64,000 bases of DNA, from assembly GCF_016432865.1 (NCBI RefSeq), contig NC_067400.1:1302001-1366000 (forward strand), in the 5' to 3' direction. The translations under genes and the position numbers were made by a program. This stretch comes from Antechinus flavipes. Taxonomy: Eukaryota. Positions 1 to 10,879 of this stretch are shown piece after piece. The stretch's first letter is position 1. Every line of letters starts with the position of its first letter. The notes beneath the pieces were generated by a model that did not search any database, was not told the origin of the DNA, and saw nothing but the letters and a program-made list of their open reading frames with translations.

Positions 1-475
1 GCACCTTTCAAGGACAAGGCACAAAAGTCTGCTGGGAGGGGTGGATTCTAAGGGGGGGATCGGGACATATAGGCCAGGCCACTTGGCGCAGCCTAGAGGG
101 AGACGTGGAGACAGCCCGGCCAGATTACAGAGGGCCAGAAACAGCCGGATGGATCACAAGGCGAGGACAGGGAGCCACTGCCGTTGATTGAGGAAGCGCC
201 CAGACTCCGCTTTGGTCACTGTTAGGAAGCCGGTGTATAGTCCAGCGAGAGGTGACGGGGTGAAAGTAGAGGTAGAAGCCAGAGTGTGGCAGGTTCGTGG
301 CAGACCCAAAGGATTGTGGTAGATAGGGCCCAAGGCAGCCTCCCACTGGGATTAAAAAGCACGCCCCCAGAACGAGATGGAGGGGTGGCTGACAAAGCTC
401 TCAAAGGGCGCCAACGTGGTGCAGCAGCCAAGAATATGCACCCACTGTATGCATCCATCCAAACCTCTCGTGCAG

Positions 476-3400
476 GGAGAACATAGTGGTGGGGGTCACA
501 AAGGAAGTGACAATGAACATTCATCTCGCCAACGCCGGGGAGGACTCCTTTCTGACCAGAATGACTCTGGTGCACCCTCCAAACCTACAGCTGAAGAGGA
601 TCCAAAAGGTGAGCCACCCCCCTCCCTCCCGGGGCAGCCTGACAACTCTAATTAAAGCCCTTCCCTGCACTGCTGGCAACACTTCACAAGGTTCTTAGGG
701 AGGGCTAGGGACCTACGAGAAAAGGAGCCAGCTTCCTCCAGACTAGGGAGGGGCGGCTCACCCAGCCTGGAGCCCCGTGTTCCCGGTGGACTTCCTCTTC
801 ACTGCCCGATGCCGGTGTCACCTTCTGCCTTCACAGCCTTCCTCCCCCGCCATAGAGTGCGCAGATCCCACACCCGCCCCCCCTGTCCTGACTATGAGCT
901 GTAAGATCGGCCAGACCGTGTTCAAGACGTCACACGTGAGTTCACTGCGGGAGGCAGTTGATCATTTCCAGCTTCACTATCTCAGCGTTGCCCAAGGCCC
1001 GCTCAGAAACTACCCCCCAACCTCGGCCGCCCTAACCCGCTTCGACCCCCTGGGCCAGGCAGGCCCTGCAGAGCGTCACCTTTTCCCGTGTAGGGCCAAA
1101 TGTCTCTGCTTGACTTAGAGAAATGTTCGTGTGTTCTCTCCCCCTTAAAACAGGTCAACTTTTCAATAACTTGGCAATTAGATGGAAAAACATTTCCCAG
1201 TGAAACAGCAGAAATTACCATTAATGTCACCAAGTAAGTATTAAATGGGCAGCTAGGTGGCGCAGTGTTAGAGCCTGGGGTCAGGAGTAACCGAGTTCAT
1301 CCCCAACCTCAGACTGTTACCAGCGGGTGACCCTGACCAGGCTATTTAACCCTGTGTGCCTCAGTTTCCTTACCTGCTGAATGAGCTGGGAAGGAAATGG
1401 CCAAACACTCCAATATCTTCACCAAGAAAGCTCCAGATGGGGTCACAAAGAGTCGGTTTCACACTGAATTGATTCCACAACAAAGTATTATGTCACGGGG
1501 CTTTCTTACAGCCCTGTGAGCTAAATGAGAGCAAACTTTTGAGCTCTGATGTCACAAGTTTCCCCTTTTCCTTAACTCGGGAGACTTGGGTCATAAACAG
1601 GCAGGCTACTGGGGCCCTTTCTCCCCATCCCCCTTAGGAAGCGCTACCCTTGGGACTTGGTCCTGAGGTGGGTCTGCCTAAAGTAGGAGGAGGAGGGTAT
1701 CACACAGCTGTCACTTAGCCCACATCCTCCCCTCGGCCTTTTCGGGAAAACCCCAGCAATCAGCTAGACAGGAGGAAGTTATGGCCAAGAAGCAAACAGC
1801 CTACCCTTTTCTTCCTCAGTGCCAACGGTCAGCCCCCAGTGATTGAGAGACAGAAGCTTCAGGTCAAGTACATCCTTGTGGTAGCTCTCGATAAGTAAGT
1901 GGGATGGTGGCTCCCCTGGGGGAATGGCTGCTATAATTATGATTAAGTCTCCCCAAAGTGCCAATATTCTAGCTGGTTTCTGAGACTCCAGAAGTCTCTC
2001 CTGCGGCCTCCTGTTGTAGCCAACAGCTAATTTACAGTGTCACTCTATATCCACTTTGGCTCCCTTGGCCCCATGTCCTGATCTGGGCTCCCCTCGCACC
2101 TTCCCTCTTTGAGGGTCCCTACGCCCAGCTCTGCTCTTTTTGTGCCTTCCCACGCGCAGATCCCTAGTGATGTACGTGGATACCAGCCGAGGCCTCCCCG
2201 AGTACAAAGAATTCCAGTTTAACGTAGGTATCCCAGGATCAAATTTGCCTGCGCCAGGGTTAAGCACAAGGGACTGACATTCTCTATCCCATTCCCTTTG
2301 TAGATCCACGGGGAAAATCCCTTTGGAGCCAAGTTTGTGTTTGAGGTCTGTGTTCCAGCCAAAATGCAAGGCCATGAGATCATAACCCTGAAGAACATAA
2401 CAGCCACACAGGTACCTAAAAACGATTGCCGTTCTGCACAGGGCACTCTCAAGTCGAGCCTTCCCTAAGGTAGGAAAGGGGCAAGACAGTCAGGAAAACC
2501 AAGGGAAAAGGAGGTAGAAGCTCAGGGAGGCCCAACTTCATTCCCTGCCCCGGAAAACACCAGGTAATCCCTGCACATTTTCCCTTCTTTAAAAAAAAAA
2601 GTTTAGACCTTTTCAGAGGGAGCTTCTTTTCCCCTTTGGGCTTCCCAGTGTGGCTAGCAGTTCCCCTCCTCTCCTCCCCATCTCCTCCTCCCAGCCTCTG
2701 TTTCCTGGCCCTATAGAACTCTCCTCCAGGTTCTTCCTTTTGCCCCTTGCCCTTCTGCTGCATCTTTGCCCAGCTTGGAAAAGGCTCCCAGCCCTCCCCA
2801 TCTGCCCGAGGCCCCGGCCCGTCTTTCCTCACCTCTCCCTCATGCTAATCTGCTCCTCTGGGCGTAGCCCCTCGGAAAACCTCAAAAACCAAGTCGGAGA
2901 ACACAGGAAATATTCATTTATGGAATGGATCCCTCAAAGACTTTAGAGTTTTCAGTTTGGGGCGACCTGAAAACTGCACCTAGCAAGTGCCTTGCAGAGA
3001 CAGTTATACTCTGACAGTTTCCTGGCTCAGAAAACTATCCCGGGACCAGTGCCGGGGTCACCGGAACAGGCTGTGGCTCTGCAGCAGCTCGGTGGCCGAG
3101 CCGAAGGCCAGCGCCGACTCGTAGAAGGCCTGGATCTGCTGCCTCACCAGGCGCATGGGCGCCGTGCTGACCTTCTTCTTGAAGACCATCTCCTTCAGGA
3201 CCTTGTCGGCCAGGTAGTGCAGCCAGAGCACGTTGCTGTAGGGCTGGTACTGGGCCCAGCGATTGCGAGTCCGCTTCTTCATGAGCCGGTACATCTCGAA
3301 CTGGTAGTCCCCCTGGCCCTGGAAGAGCTCCCGCTCCTGGGAGAGGTCGCAGAACACCACCAGCCCGTCCTTCTCCAGGCGGGACAGCGTGTAGTCGATG

Positions 3401-6400
3401 ATGTTGACGTGGATGCCGTGGGTGGCGATGGTGCCCGCCTGCCCGTTGAGCGTGTAGCCCAGCTCCTTGGCGCTGGTCCTCTTCACCAGGACGTTGCCCC
3501 AGTGCAGGTCCCGATGCTCGAAGTGCAGCGCGGCCTCGGCCACGGCCAGCGCCGCCGTGACCTGGTGCAGCAGGCTCTTGGCGGCTGCCACGGAGGACAG
3601 CTGCTTCCTCATGTGCTCCAGGTCCACGCCCCCGAACTCAAACTCCAGCACCACGTACAGCTGGCCCGGCCCAAAGAAGTCCGGCCGCTGGTTCTCGGAG
3701 CCCCGGCGGCTGCGGAAGGAGTCCCAGGCCTGGAGCAGCGCCTCGGGGTAGGGGCCCTGCACGCAGCGGGCCGCGAACAGGCCGATGAAGCCCTCGGTGC
3801 GGTTGGGGGCTTCTTCGGACAGGAGGCTCAGCTCCTTGGAGATGATGATCTCGGGCAGGATCTCCCCGAAGGTTTTCTGCGGGCTTCCATTCACCAGCTC
3901 CTGGCCCTCGATGGCGATGACTTTCAAGGCCGTTAGGCGGTTCTCCACAACTGTGCGGAACACCTCCCCAAACACGCCCTCCCCAATCTTTTCGCAGCTT
4001 TTGATTCGGTCCGGGGACAGGTAGTGGCCAAAGGCCAGCGGCCCTTCCTGCTGGCACTCGCGGTACACCTTCTCCGCGTCGGACAGCATCAACTCGGCCA
4101 CGGGCAGGGACTTGTTGGGGGTCAGCATGTACATGGAGGAGGTCTGCCAGGGGGTGACGCCGGGGGTCCCGAAGGAGTCTAGGAGCAGGGAGCCCACGGG
4201 GGAGCCCGGGGGCTGCAGCTCCGCCACCATCTTCTTCTTGTGAAAGGAGAGGGAGGCCCGCCTCTGGGCCCAGCCCCTGACGCCAGCGTTCTGGCCCGGG
4301 GGCTGGCTGGCCTCGCTTCGGGGCCCCGCCTGGGAGGGCTGAGTCTTCTTCCAGCGGGCGCAGCTGAGGCCGCTGATGCACGCCTTCCGGGCAGTGCTCT
4401 GGGGAAGGGCGGGGGTGGCCAGGGCCGGCTTGGCCGCCTTCTTGTGGGCTCCCTTGCGGGCTCTCAGGCGGGGTCTCCTGCGGGGTTCCTCGGGGGGCTC
4501 TGGGACAGGGCTGAAGAGGGACCTGCTGGTGGCCATGCTGTCCCCAGGGGCGGGCTCAGGTTCTGGCAGGGGCCCCGGGGCCGGGCTCAGCTTGCAGGCG
4601 GGGCCAGGACTCGGGTTGCCAACAGGACTGAGGCCGGCCAGGATGCTCCGGGACAGGCCGTTGCGGCCTCCCGCGGGCGTGTGGGGGCTGGGGGGTGGAG
4701 GCGGCTCTGAGGGCGGCCCCGGGGTGCTGCAGAGGGGGGGCCCAGGCCTCTGGCCCCGCGCCCGGAGCCTCCAGGACCGCTCGGTCACGTGACGGTGCGG
4801 CCGGTTCTCCTTAGCCGCCTCCTCCTCGTCCTCCTCCTCTTCCAGGTCCCCACCAGGTACCTGGGGCCGCACTGGGGTCGCGTCCACCCACGCGGGGGGC
4901 CCATCTGCCCGCAGCCGCCGCCGCCCCCGCGGAGCTGTCCCCGGGGAGCCGCGCGTGGGGTCCGGCTCGAAGTCGGGGTCGGAGTCCGGAGCCGAGGCGG
5001 GGCTGCTGCTGCCGCTGCGGAGCCCAATGCTGGGGCTGCCGGCGCTCAGGCCGCTGCTGCTGCTGGAGAAGAGGCGCCGGCGCTCGCGGGCGGGGAGAAC
5101 CAGGGTGCGGCCACCACCCGGGCCCGCGCCCCGCGCCCAGAGCCCCGCCGCCGTCCGCCGCCCAGGCCGCCATAGGTTCGGAGCAGCCGGGCCTGGGGCC
5201 GCGGGGCCCGGGACGGTGCCATGGAGCCCGCCCAACGGCCGGCGCGAGCCCAACGGCCGAACCTGCCCCCGGGTGCGCATGCGCGCGCACGCGCACGAGC
5301 GCGCGCTTATTCCTCTGCTTCCGGACTCCGGAGCTCCCGCCCACGCGCATGCGCTTCCACGTCTCATTTGTGGGACGGGCTCTCCTCAGCCGAGGGCCTT
5401 AGGCAGTTACGGACAGGAGGAGGAGCGCTCAGCTTCCCGCCCACTATGCCCAATAGTCTTGCGCCTGATCCTGGCCTGCGCCCTCTAGGGCTTTTTGACC
5501 GAGGCGTCTTCTCCTTTCCCTCCTCCTAGTGCAGCCAGAAGCCAGGATGCAGGCTCCGCCTCCCAGGAGGGCTTTCCGAGGCGCCGGTGAGTAGGTGTGG
5601 GCCCGAGATTCTCGCAAAGCCCCTCCCAGGAGGCGTGGCCTCCAGTCTAGGGAATCCCCGCCCCGCCCAGGCGTGACCTAAAGGGATTCCCCAGCCCAGC
5701 CTTCCAGAGCCGCGCCTCGGAGGCGTGACCCCTCGGGCAGATTTCTCCTTGGGCCTCCCTGGAGCGTGGTCCCCCCGTCCGCCCCGGGCCCTGTTCTCCC
5801 GAGCCCGGCTCGGGGGCACCCCCGGCCTCCCCGCACCCCGAATGTCCTTCTCCCTGCCAGGACCTGCAGTGGCTACAGCTGAGCTGCGCGCTGTCCCAGG
5901 TCCCCTCCGCAGTGCGGCTAGGAGCCCAGCTGTCCCCGCAGGTAGGCCGAGGCCGGGGCTTCGGGAGGGGAGCTGAGCGGCCGGCCCTTACCGGCCTGAT
6001 CCCCCGTCTCCTACGCAGCTGCCCAGGGCTCCGTGGGTGCTGTGCATCCCTGCTGAGATCTCCTTCGACGCAGCCGTGTACGAAAACCAGGGGCCCGTCA
6101 GCTCCTTGAGCTCGGTAAGGGGCCGGAGGGAGCGGGGGCAGCAGCGGCTTCGGCCCATCTCTCAGCGAGAGAGGGCCCAGGGGCGCGCAGAGGCCGGCGG
6201 TCCCAGGCTGCTGGGGGGCGGGATCGGAGCCCTTCCTGACTGCAGCCTCCACTACTCCGGCTCGTCCCTGGGCTAAGCATCGGGAGGACAAAAATGCCCT
6301 AGCAGGGGGCCTTTTAAACAGGGGCCCGGTTCACTGCCCCTCAGACTGTTGGAGGCCGGACTGTAGTAAAAACAAAACCTTCGTTTTGCGGGCCTTTAAA

Positions 6401-8590
6401 TAAAGAAGCCCTGGGTGAGGGGGATAAAGGTCCTCAGCTGCCGCATGTGGCCCCTGCGAGGCTTCTCTCCGGCTCTTTCACAAGGGGGAAAGGAGAGGGC
6501 TCCGGACGCACAGGGCGGGGAGGGGGAGGGGAAGGGGGCTGGCCATTGGAAGCTGCGTCTTCCAGGCCCCGGTGGGCTCAGCCTAATCCCGCCTAAGTTC
6601 TTCGGCTCCTTCGAAAACGAAACGGAAATAGGTTGGGAAAGGATGGAAGCCTCCTGAAAAGGCCTGGCCTGCTCTCTGTGGCCTTTCGGACAAGCTGATG
6701 GCCAACGGGGCTGCTGAAGAGCGAGGCTCTGGATGACAGAAGCCTGGGTTAAATCCCATGGGTCACTGGGGCCAGACAGTTATGTTTTTGCTGTCTCAGA
6801 GGCGTCAGGGGTGTCGGGTGGGGGTGGGAAAAGCAAATCGTACAGCAAGCACCTGGAGACTGCCCAGGGCTCTGGAGATGTTCTTGGAGGTCACTGTTAC
6901 AAGGCTCTTTACCGGCCTGTGGACCTGCACGGAACCTCCCGTCAGTTCCCAGCATCCTTTGGATACAGAAGCCAAAGACAGCAAAATCCTTCAAGTTCCA
7001 GGAAGGCGGCAATGGGTGAGCCCAGCCGAGATCAGGGCAGGACATGAGGCTGCAGACCCGCCTAAACGCGTGGCTCCATCGGTGGCTCGTTGCCTTTGAA
7101 GGCAGGGACACTCCGGCCTCTGTGTAACAGCCACTTTTGGGCCTGGGCACTGTGATCAGGAAGAACTGGGGCCGGCGCCTGTAAGAGGGAGCAGAGGAGC
7201 ATTCGTTCACGGGTCTCTGACCCTGTTTTTTAAAGCCCGAATAGCCTGCGTTGATATAACATAAAGGCTGCAAATGTTTCCTTTACAAATTATCAGATTC
7301 TGACACCAATCCTGGGAAGGAGAGGCTGTCCTTATCCCCATTTTACAGATTAGGAAACTGAGGCAAACGGGGTCAGTGATTTGGCTAGAGTGCCACAGGG
7401 CTCTGAGGCTGTATTTGAACTCGGGCTTGCTGACGCCAGGGCTTGTGCTTTATCCCCCGCATTGCTCCCTGGCTGCCCCAAACTTCTTGAGAAGTTTCCC
7501 CTTGGGGTCACCCAGCAGATGCTTTGCTCTTCTCGTGCCAGAATATCACTGTCCTGCTGGAGGACCACGGGGTCCACATCCTGCCCATCATCCTGGGAAG
7601 CAGCACCGGGGGCATTCTCCTCCTGATTGGGATCATTGCCATTCTCTGGAAGGTGAGTCCTGTTAGGAGGGACCAGACTGTGGGTGTTTAGGAAGCTCTT
7701 CCTGTGAGGGACCCAAGAACGAGCAGGGTGCAGCCATTAAACCTCTATTTGGCCCTACTGCGTGCCAGGCACTGGGCTGAGTGCCAGGGATCCAAAGAGA
7801 GGCAAAGGGCAGCCCTCAGGCCTCGGAGGGTCTTCTTTTAGAGATGCAGGTAATTTTGAGGGAGGAGAGGAGTGGTGAGTCATTCTCATGCACATTTAAG
7901 GCAGTCACTTTCCTCTAAGAGGGGTGGGCAGGATGGTGGCCCTGGGCAATAGGTGACTTTTACGGGGAGGGGTGGGGCAGCCAGGCAGAGAGTTATTTTC
8001 CTGATGGCAGATAAGATATCGTAAGTCTGCCTGGGAGCCGAGCCACATGTTTGTGTGGGACCAATTTCATCTCATGAGATCTTCACAAAAATCCAAGGAG
8101 GGAGAGGCTATTATTATCCCCATTTTACAGATAAGGAGACTGAGGCAAACAGGTTCAGTGATTTGTCCCGAGTCCCACAGGTGGCAGATGTCTGAGGCTT
8201 CCTGATGCAGGACTTTGCTTTATCCCCTGCATTGCCCCTGGCTGTCTCAGGGGAGCATCTAACAACCAGAAGTGAACTGGGAACCTAAAGAAAGAAACAC
8301 CACCCCTGGCCTCTGCAGGATGGGTACAGGGAGCCCCACTGGGAGAAGGGTGCTCCGGTGGGGCTGGCAAAGGGCCAAGATCAGTTCGTGTTCTTCTCAT
8401 GAAGCCCCAAAGTTCTCTTCCCCAAATCTCAGGATCCATTGGCTGATGGGTACTGGGGTCTCTGACTGCACTTTCCCTCCTTTTTTTGCCATTGCAGTGT
8501 GGCTTTTTTAAGAGGAAATACCAGGCTATCGCCGCAGAGAGCAGAAGGAACTCCCAGAACCCGGAAAAGCTGATCCAAGCCGAGAACTAG
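476..8590 (+). CDS. ITGAE: Integrin alpha-E (CD103), 3' part. Exons join(476..608,837..935,1154..1233,1820..1894,2160..2223,2304..2411,5530..5586,5861..5941,6019..6114,7542..7652,8498..8590); 5' exons lie outside the window
   Basis: All exons have AG/GT boundaries with continuous phase. Peptides VVGVTKEVTMNIHLANAGEDSF, IHGENPFGAK and AEISFDAAVYE, the TM segment ILPIILGSSTGGILLLIGIIAILWK and the cytoplasmic CGFFKRKY motif align with recalled human ITGAE. The 5530..5586 exon is assigned mainly from its 57-nt length, 0/0 phase and position. Confidence 0.93.
1247..1483 (+). mobile_element. MAR1/CORE-type marsupial SINE
   Basis: tRNA-like head GGGCAGCTAGGTGGCGCAGTG, CORE motif GCCTCAGTTTCCT, and 3' part GAAGGAAATGGC...GGGGTCACAAAGAGTCGG ending in CAACAA. 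It starts 13 nt after the ITGAE donor at 1234. Confidence 0.8.
3058..5222 (-). CDS. HASPIN: Haspin histone H3T3 kinase, intronless, nested antisense in an ITGAE intron. Conserved ATG at 5222 with an apparent 1-nt frameshift near 5086-5095; the ORF track instead starts at 5367
   Basis: Kinase motifs GEGVFGEV, ALKVI, HRDLHWGN, the haspin-specific DYT and PYSNVLW are present, plus the basic segment RASLSFHKKK. The N-terminal MAPSRAPRPQARLLRTYGG...PWFSPP from ATG 5222 matches recalled human MAASLPGPGSRLFRTYGA...QWFPP but is in a different frame. Confidence 0.97.
5225..5530. promoter_or_regulatory. CpG-island promoter of HASPIN, probably bidirectional toward the 3' ITGAE exons; NRF1 motifs
   Basis: Perfect NRF1 consensus TGCGCATGCGCG at 5274-5285, a near-consensus copy at 5344-5355, CCAAT at about 5449, and dense CpG from about 4700 to 6300. 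Confidence 0.7.
6303..6456. mobile_element. Non-autonomous hAT DNA transposon (MITE) of the OC1/OposCharlie1 type, internally deleted
   Basis: Termini CAGGGG (6303) and CCCCTG (6456). Internal GTTCACTGCCCCTCAGACTGTTGGAGGCCGGACTGTAGTAAAAAC and GGGCCTTTAAATAAAGAA...CCTCAGCTGCCGCAT match my recollection of the dasyurid OC1 MITE consensus. No 8-bp TSD recovered. Confidence 0.7.
7325..7480 (-). mobile_element. MAR1/MIR-type SINE fragment
   Basis: ATCCCCATTTTACAGATTAGGAAACTGAGGC (antisense CORE) followed by a degenerate antisense tRNA head. Confidence 0.7.
8108..8255 (-). mobile_element. MAR1/MIR-type SINE fragment
   Basis: ATTATCCCCATTTTACAGATAAGGAGACTGAGGC (antisense CORE) and a degenerate head. 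Confidence 0.7.
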
Positions 8591-8689
8591 GGCCCTGCTC
8601 CTCCGGACTCAGGGAAGAGGCTCAGCAGCCAGGCCGCGCTAGTGTTGGATGTTGCCATTAAGATTTAACCTTCCCATAAAACCATGCTT

Positions 8690-9480
8690 CTCCTTTGACC
8701 TAGAAATACTATTGCTAGCTCTGGATCCCCAAAGAAGGTTTTTTTAAAGGGAAAAAAATTCTGTACGTACAAAAATATTCATAGCATCTCTTTTCTGGTG
8801 GTAAAGAGTTGGAAATTGAGGGGGCAGCTGGGTGGCGCAGTGGCTAGAGCCCCAGCCCTGAAGTCAGGAGGACCTGAGGTCAAATCTGATCTCAGACACT
8901 TCACACTTCCTAGCTGTGTGACCCTGGACAAGTCACTTAACCCCAATTGCCTCAGGAAAAAAAAATAAAAATAAAATTGGAAATTCCACCAGTTGTGGAA
9001 TGGCTGAATAACTTAGGATATGGGAGTATAATGGGACACTCTTGTGATGATTTAAAAACCTGACAAGACTCCCATGAACCAGGAAACCACTGCGCACAGT
9101 AACAGCAATGTTGTGCAATGATCAGCTATGATAGACTCAGCTCTTCTCAGCAATACAGTCACTCAAAACCATTCCGAAGGATTCCTGAGGAAACCTGTTC
9201 TCTGCCCCCAGAGAAAGAACTGATGTCATTTGAATACAGATCCGAGCAGACCTTTTAACCTTCCTTCCTTTTTTAAAACCTGTTTTTTACAACGTGACTA
9301 ATATGGAAATATGTTTTGCATACCTATATATATATAAAACCTATATCAAATTGCTTCCTTAGTGGGGAGGGGAGGAAGGGAGGGAGAATTTGGGATCCAA
9401 AAATTTCAAAACAAAGGATGAAAATTGTTTATGCGTAATTGAGGGGAAATAAAATATTATTTTTTAAAAAAAGATTTAAC
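8690..9480 (+). mobile_element. LINE-1 3' end (ORF2 C-terminus and 3' UTR), interrupted by a SINE
   Basis: TGTACGTACAAAAATATTCATAGCATCTCTTTTCTGGTGGTAAAGAGTTGGAAATTGAG and GGAATGGCTGAATAAC are typical of the marsupial L1 3' region; A-rich end near 9470. Confidence 0.8.
8821..8976 (+). mobile_element. WSINE1-type short tRNA-derived SINE inserted into L1
   Basis: GGGGCAGCTGGGTGGCGCAGTGG...CCAGCCCTGAAGTCAGGAGGACCTGAG...GTCACTTAACCCCAATTGCCTCAG plus an A tail; flanked by TTGGAAATT on both sides (8809-8817 and 8977-8985), a partial TSD. Confidence 0.85.
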
Positions 9481-9485
9481 TTTCT

Positions 9486-10560
9486 ATGAAATACTTGAGA
9501 TTCAGCCTGTCAAGACAACCCCAGGAACTACAGGAACACGATTACCAAACGCTTTTCACAAAAGAGACGCTTAAAGAGTTGGGGCCGTGTTCATCGTTCG
9601 TGGGTAAACAGAGCCAGTATAATAAAAATGACAATTCTACCCAAATAAACTTATTCAGTGCCATATCAACCGACCAAAACTTATTTTATAGAACAAAAAT
9701 ACATACAGTTCATCTGGAAAAAGAAAATATCTAATATAGAAATATATAATTTAAGTGAAGGAAGGCACTTAGCTGTTCCCAGATCTCAAACTATACCATA
9801 AGGTAGTAATCATAAAAACCATCTGTTATTGGCTAAGGAACAGAGAGGTCAATCGGTGGGACGGATTGAAGTACACGAGACTCGGTAGGAAAAGACGATG
9901 GTGAGCTAGTGTTTGCTTAACCCGAGGACCTCAGCTTTTCAGACAAGAATTCACTAAGAAAAATGCTGGGAAATCTGGAGAGCAGTTTCGCAGAAACCAG
10001 GTAAAGATCAATCCCTCACAATAGACACCGAGAGAAGGTCAAGATGGGTGCGTGATTTAGACATGAAGGATGGTACCATAAGCAAATTAGGAGAGCGAGG
10101 ACATTCCTGTCAGATCTATGCAAAAAAGAAAAAAATAGGATCAAAGGACAGAGAGCATTAAAAAATGTAAAATGGGGCGATTTTCATCCCATTAAAGCTC
10201 TCGTACAAAAAAAAAAAAAATGCAGCCAATATTAAAAGGAAAGTGGGAAACCGGAGGAAAATTTGTACAGCAAGTTTTCTGATGAGAATATCTCAAATAT
10301 CTAGGAACTGAGTGGGATTTATAAAATACAAGCTAATCCCCAACTGATAAATGGCCAAGGTATTCAGGCAGTTTTTCCAACAAATCTAAGCTGTCTGTAC
10401 TCATATTTAAAAATGCTCTAAATCACTATTGATTAGAGAAATGCACGTGAAAGAAAACACCTCATTCCTTTCAAATGGACTAATGACAGAAAAGGAAAAT
10501 GACAAATGCTAGAGGGGATGTGGAAAGCCGGGACACGAAGGCACTACTGCTGGAGTCGGT
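9486..10560 (+). mobile_element. Degraded LINE-1 ORF2 (RT to C-terminal region)
   Basis: AT-rich. The stretch AATGACAATTCTACCCAAATAAACTTATTCAGTGCCAT resembles L1 ORF2 KMTILPKLIYLFSAIP; GACAAATGCTAGAGGGGATGTGGAAA precedes the zinc-knuckle region. Confidence 0.8.
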
Positions 10561-10879
10561 CTGGGTCATCCCTCCCTCCCTCCGGAGCCAGCTTAGGGAG
10601 GCCTGGGGTTCTTCACATCGGAGGGCCGGCCCTTTGTCGTGGGCAGTTTGCCCTCGGAGCCCCAGACTCGCCCCTGCTGGCCCCGCAGCCCCTGGGGCAG
10701 CCCTGCTGTGCTTCTCAGAAGCGGTCAGAGAGGTGACATGCGCGTGAATTGGATCACAGCAAGGGAGGGCCGTGCCAGGTCCCCGGCCTCCACCCCCAGA
10801 GCCTGAGATCAGATGAGCGCAGATGGCCTGGATGCAGAGAGGGACCTCGGCCTTTTGAAGCTACGGTCTTTAACTGGTC

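Noticed and set aside
1091-1153. Alternative ITGAE acceptor at 1093 that would add 20 in-frame codons
   Set aside because: The acceptor at 1153 has a good pyrimidine tract and gives the exon length expected from human; nothing supports use of the upstream site.
2992-3936. 314-aa + strand ORF
   Set aside because: Antisense shadow of the GC3-rich HASPIN kinase CDS; no recognisable domain.
7325-8255. Two similar ~150-nt segments flanking the ITGAE TM exon, resembling a local duplication
   Set aside because: Both are independent antisense MAR1/MIR SINE fragments; the similarity is explained by the shared consensus.
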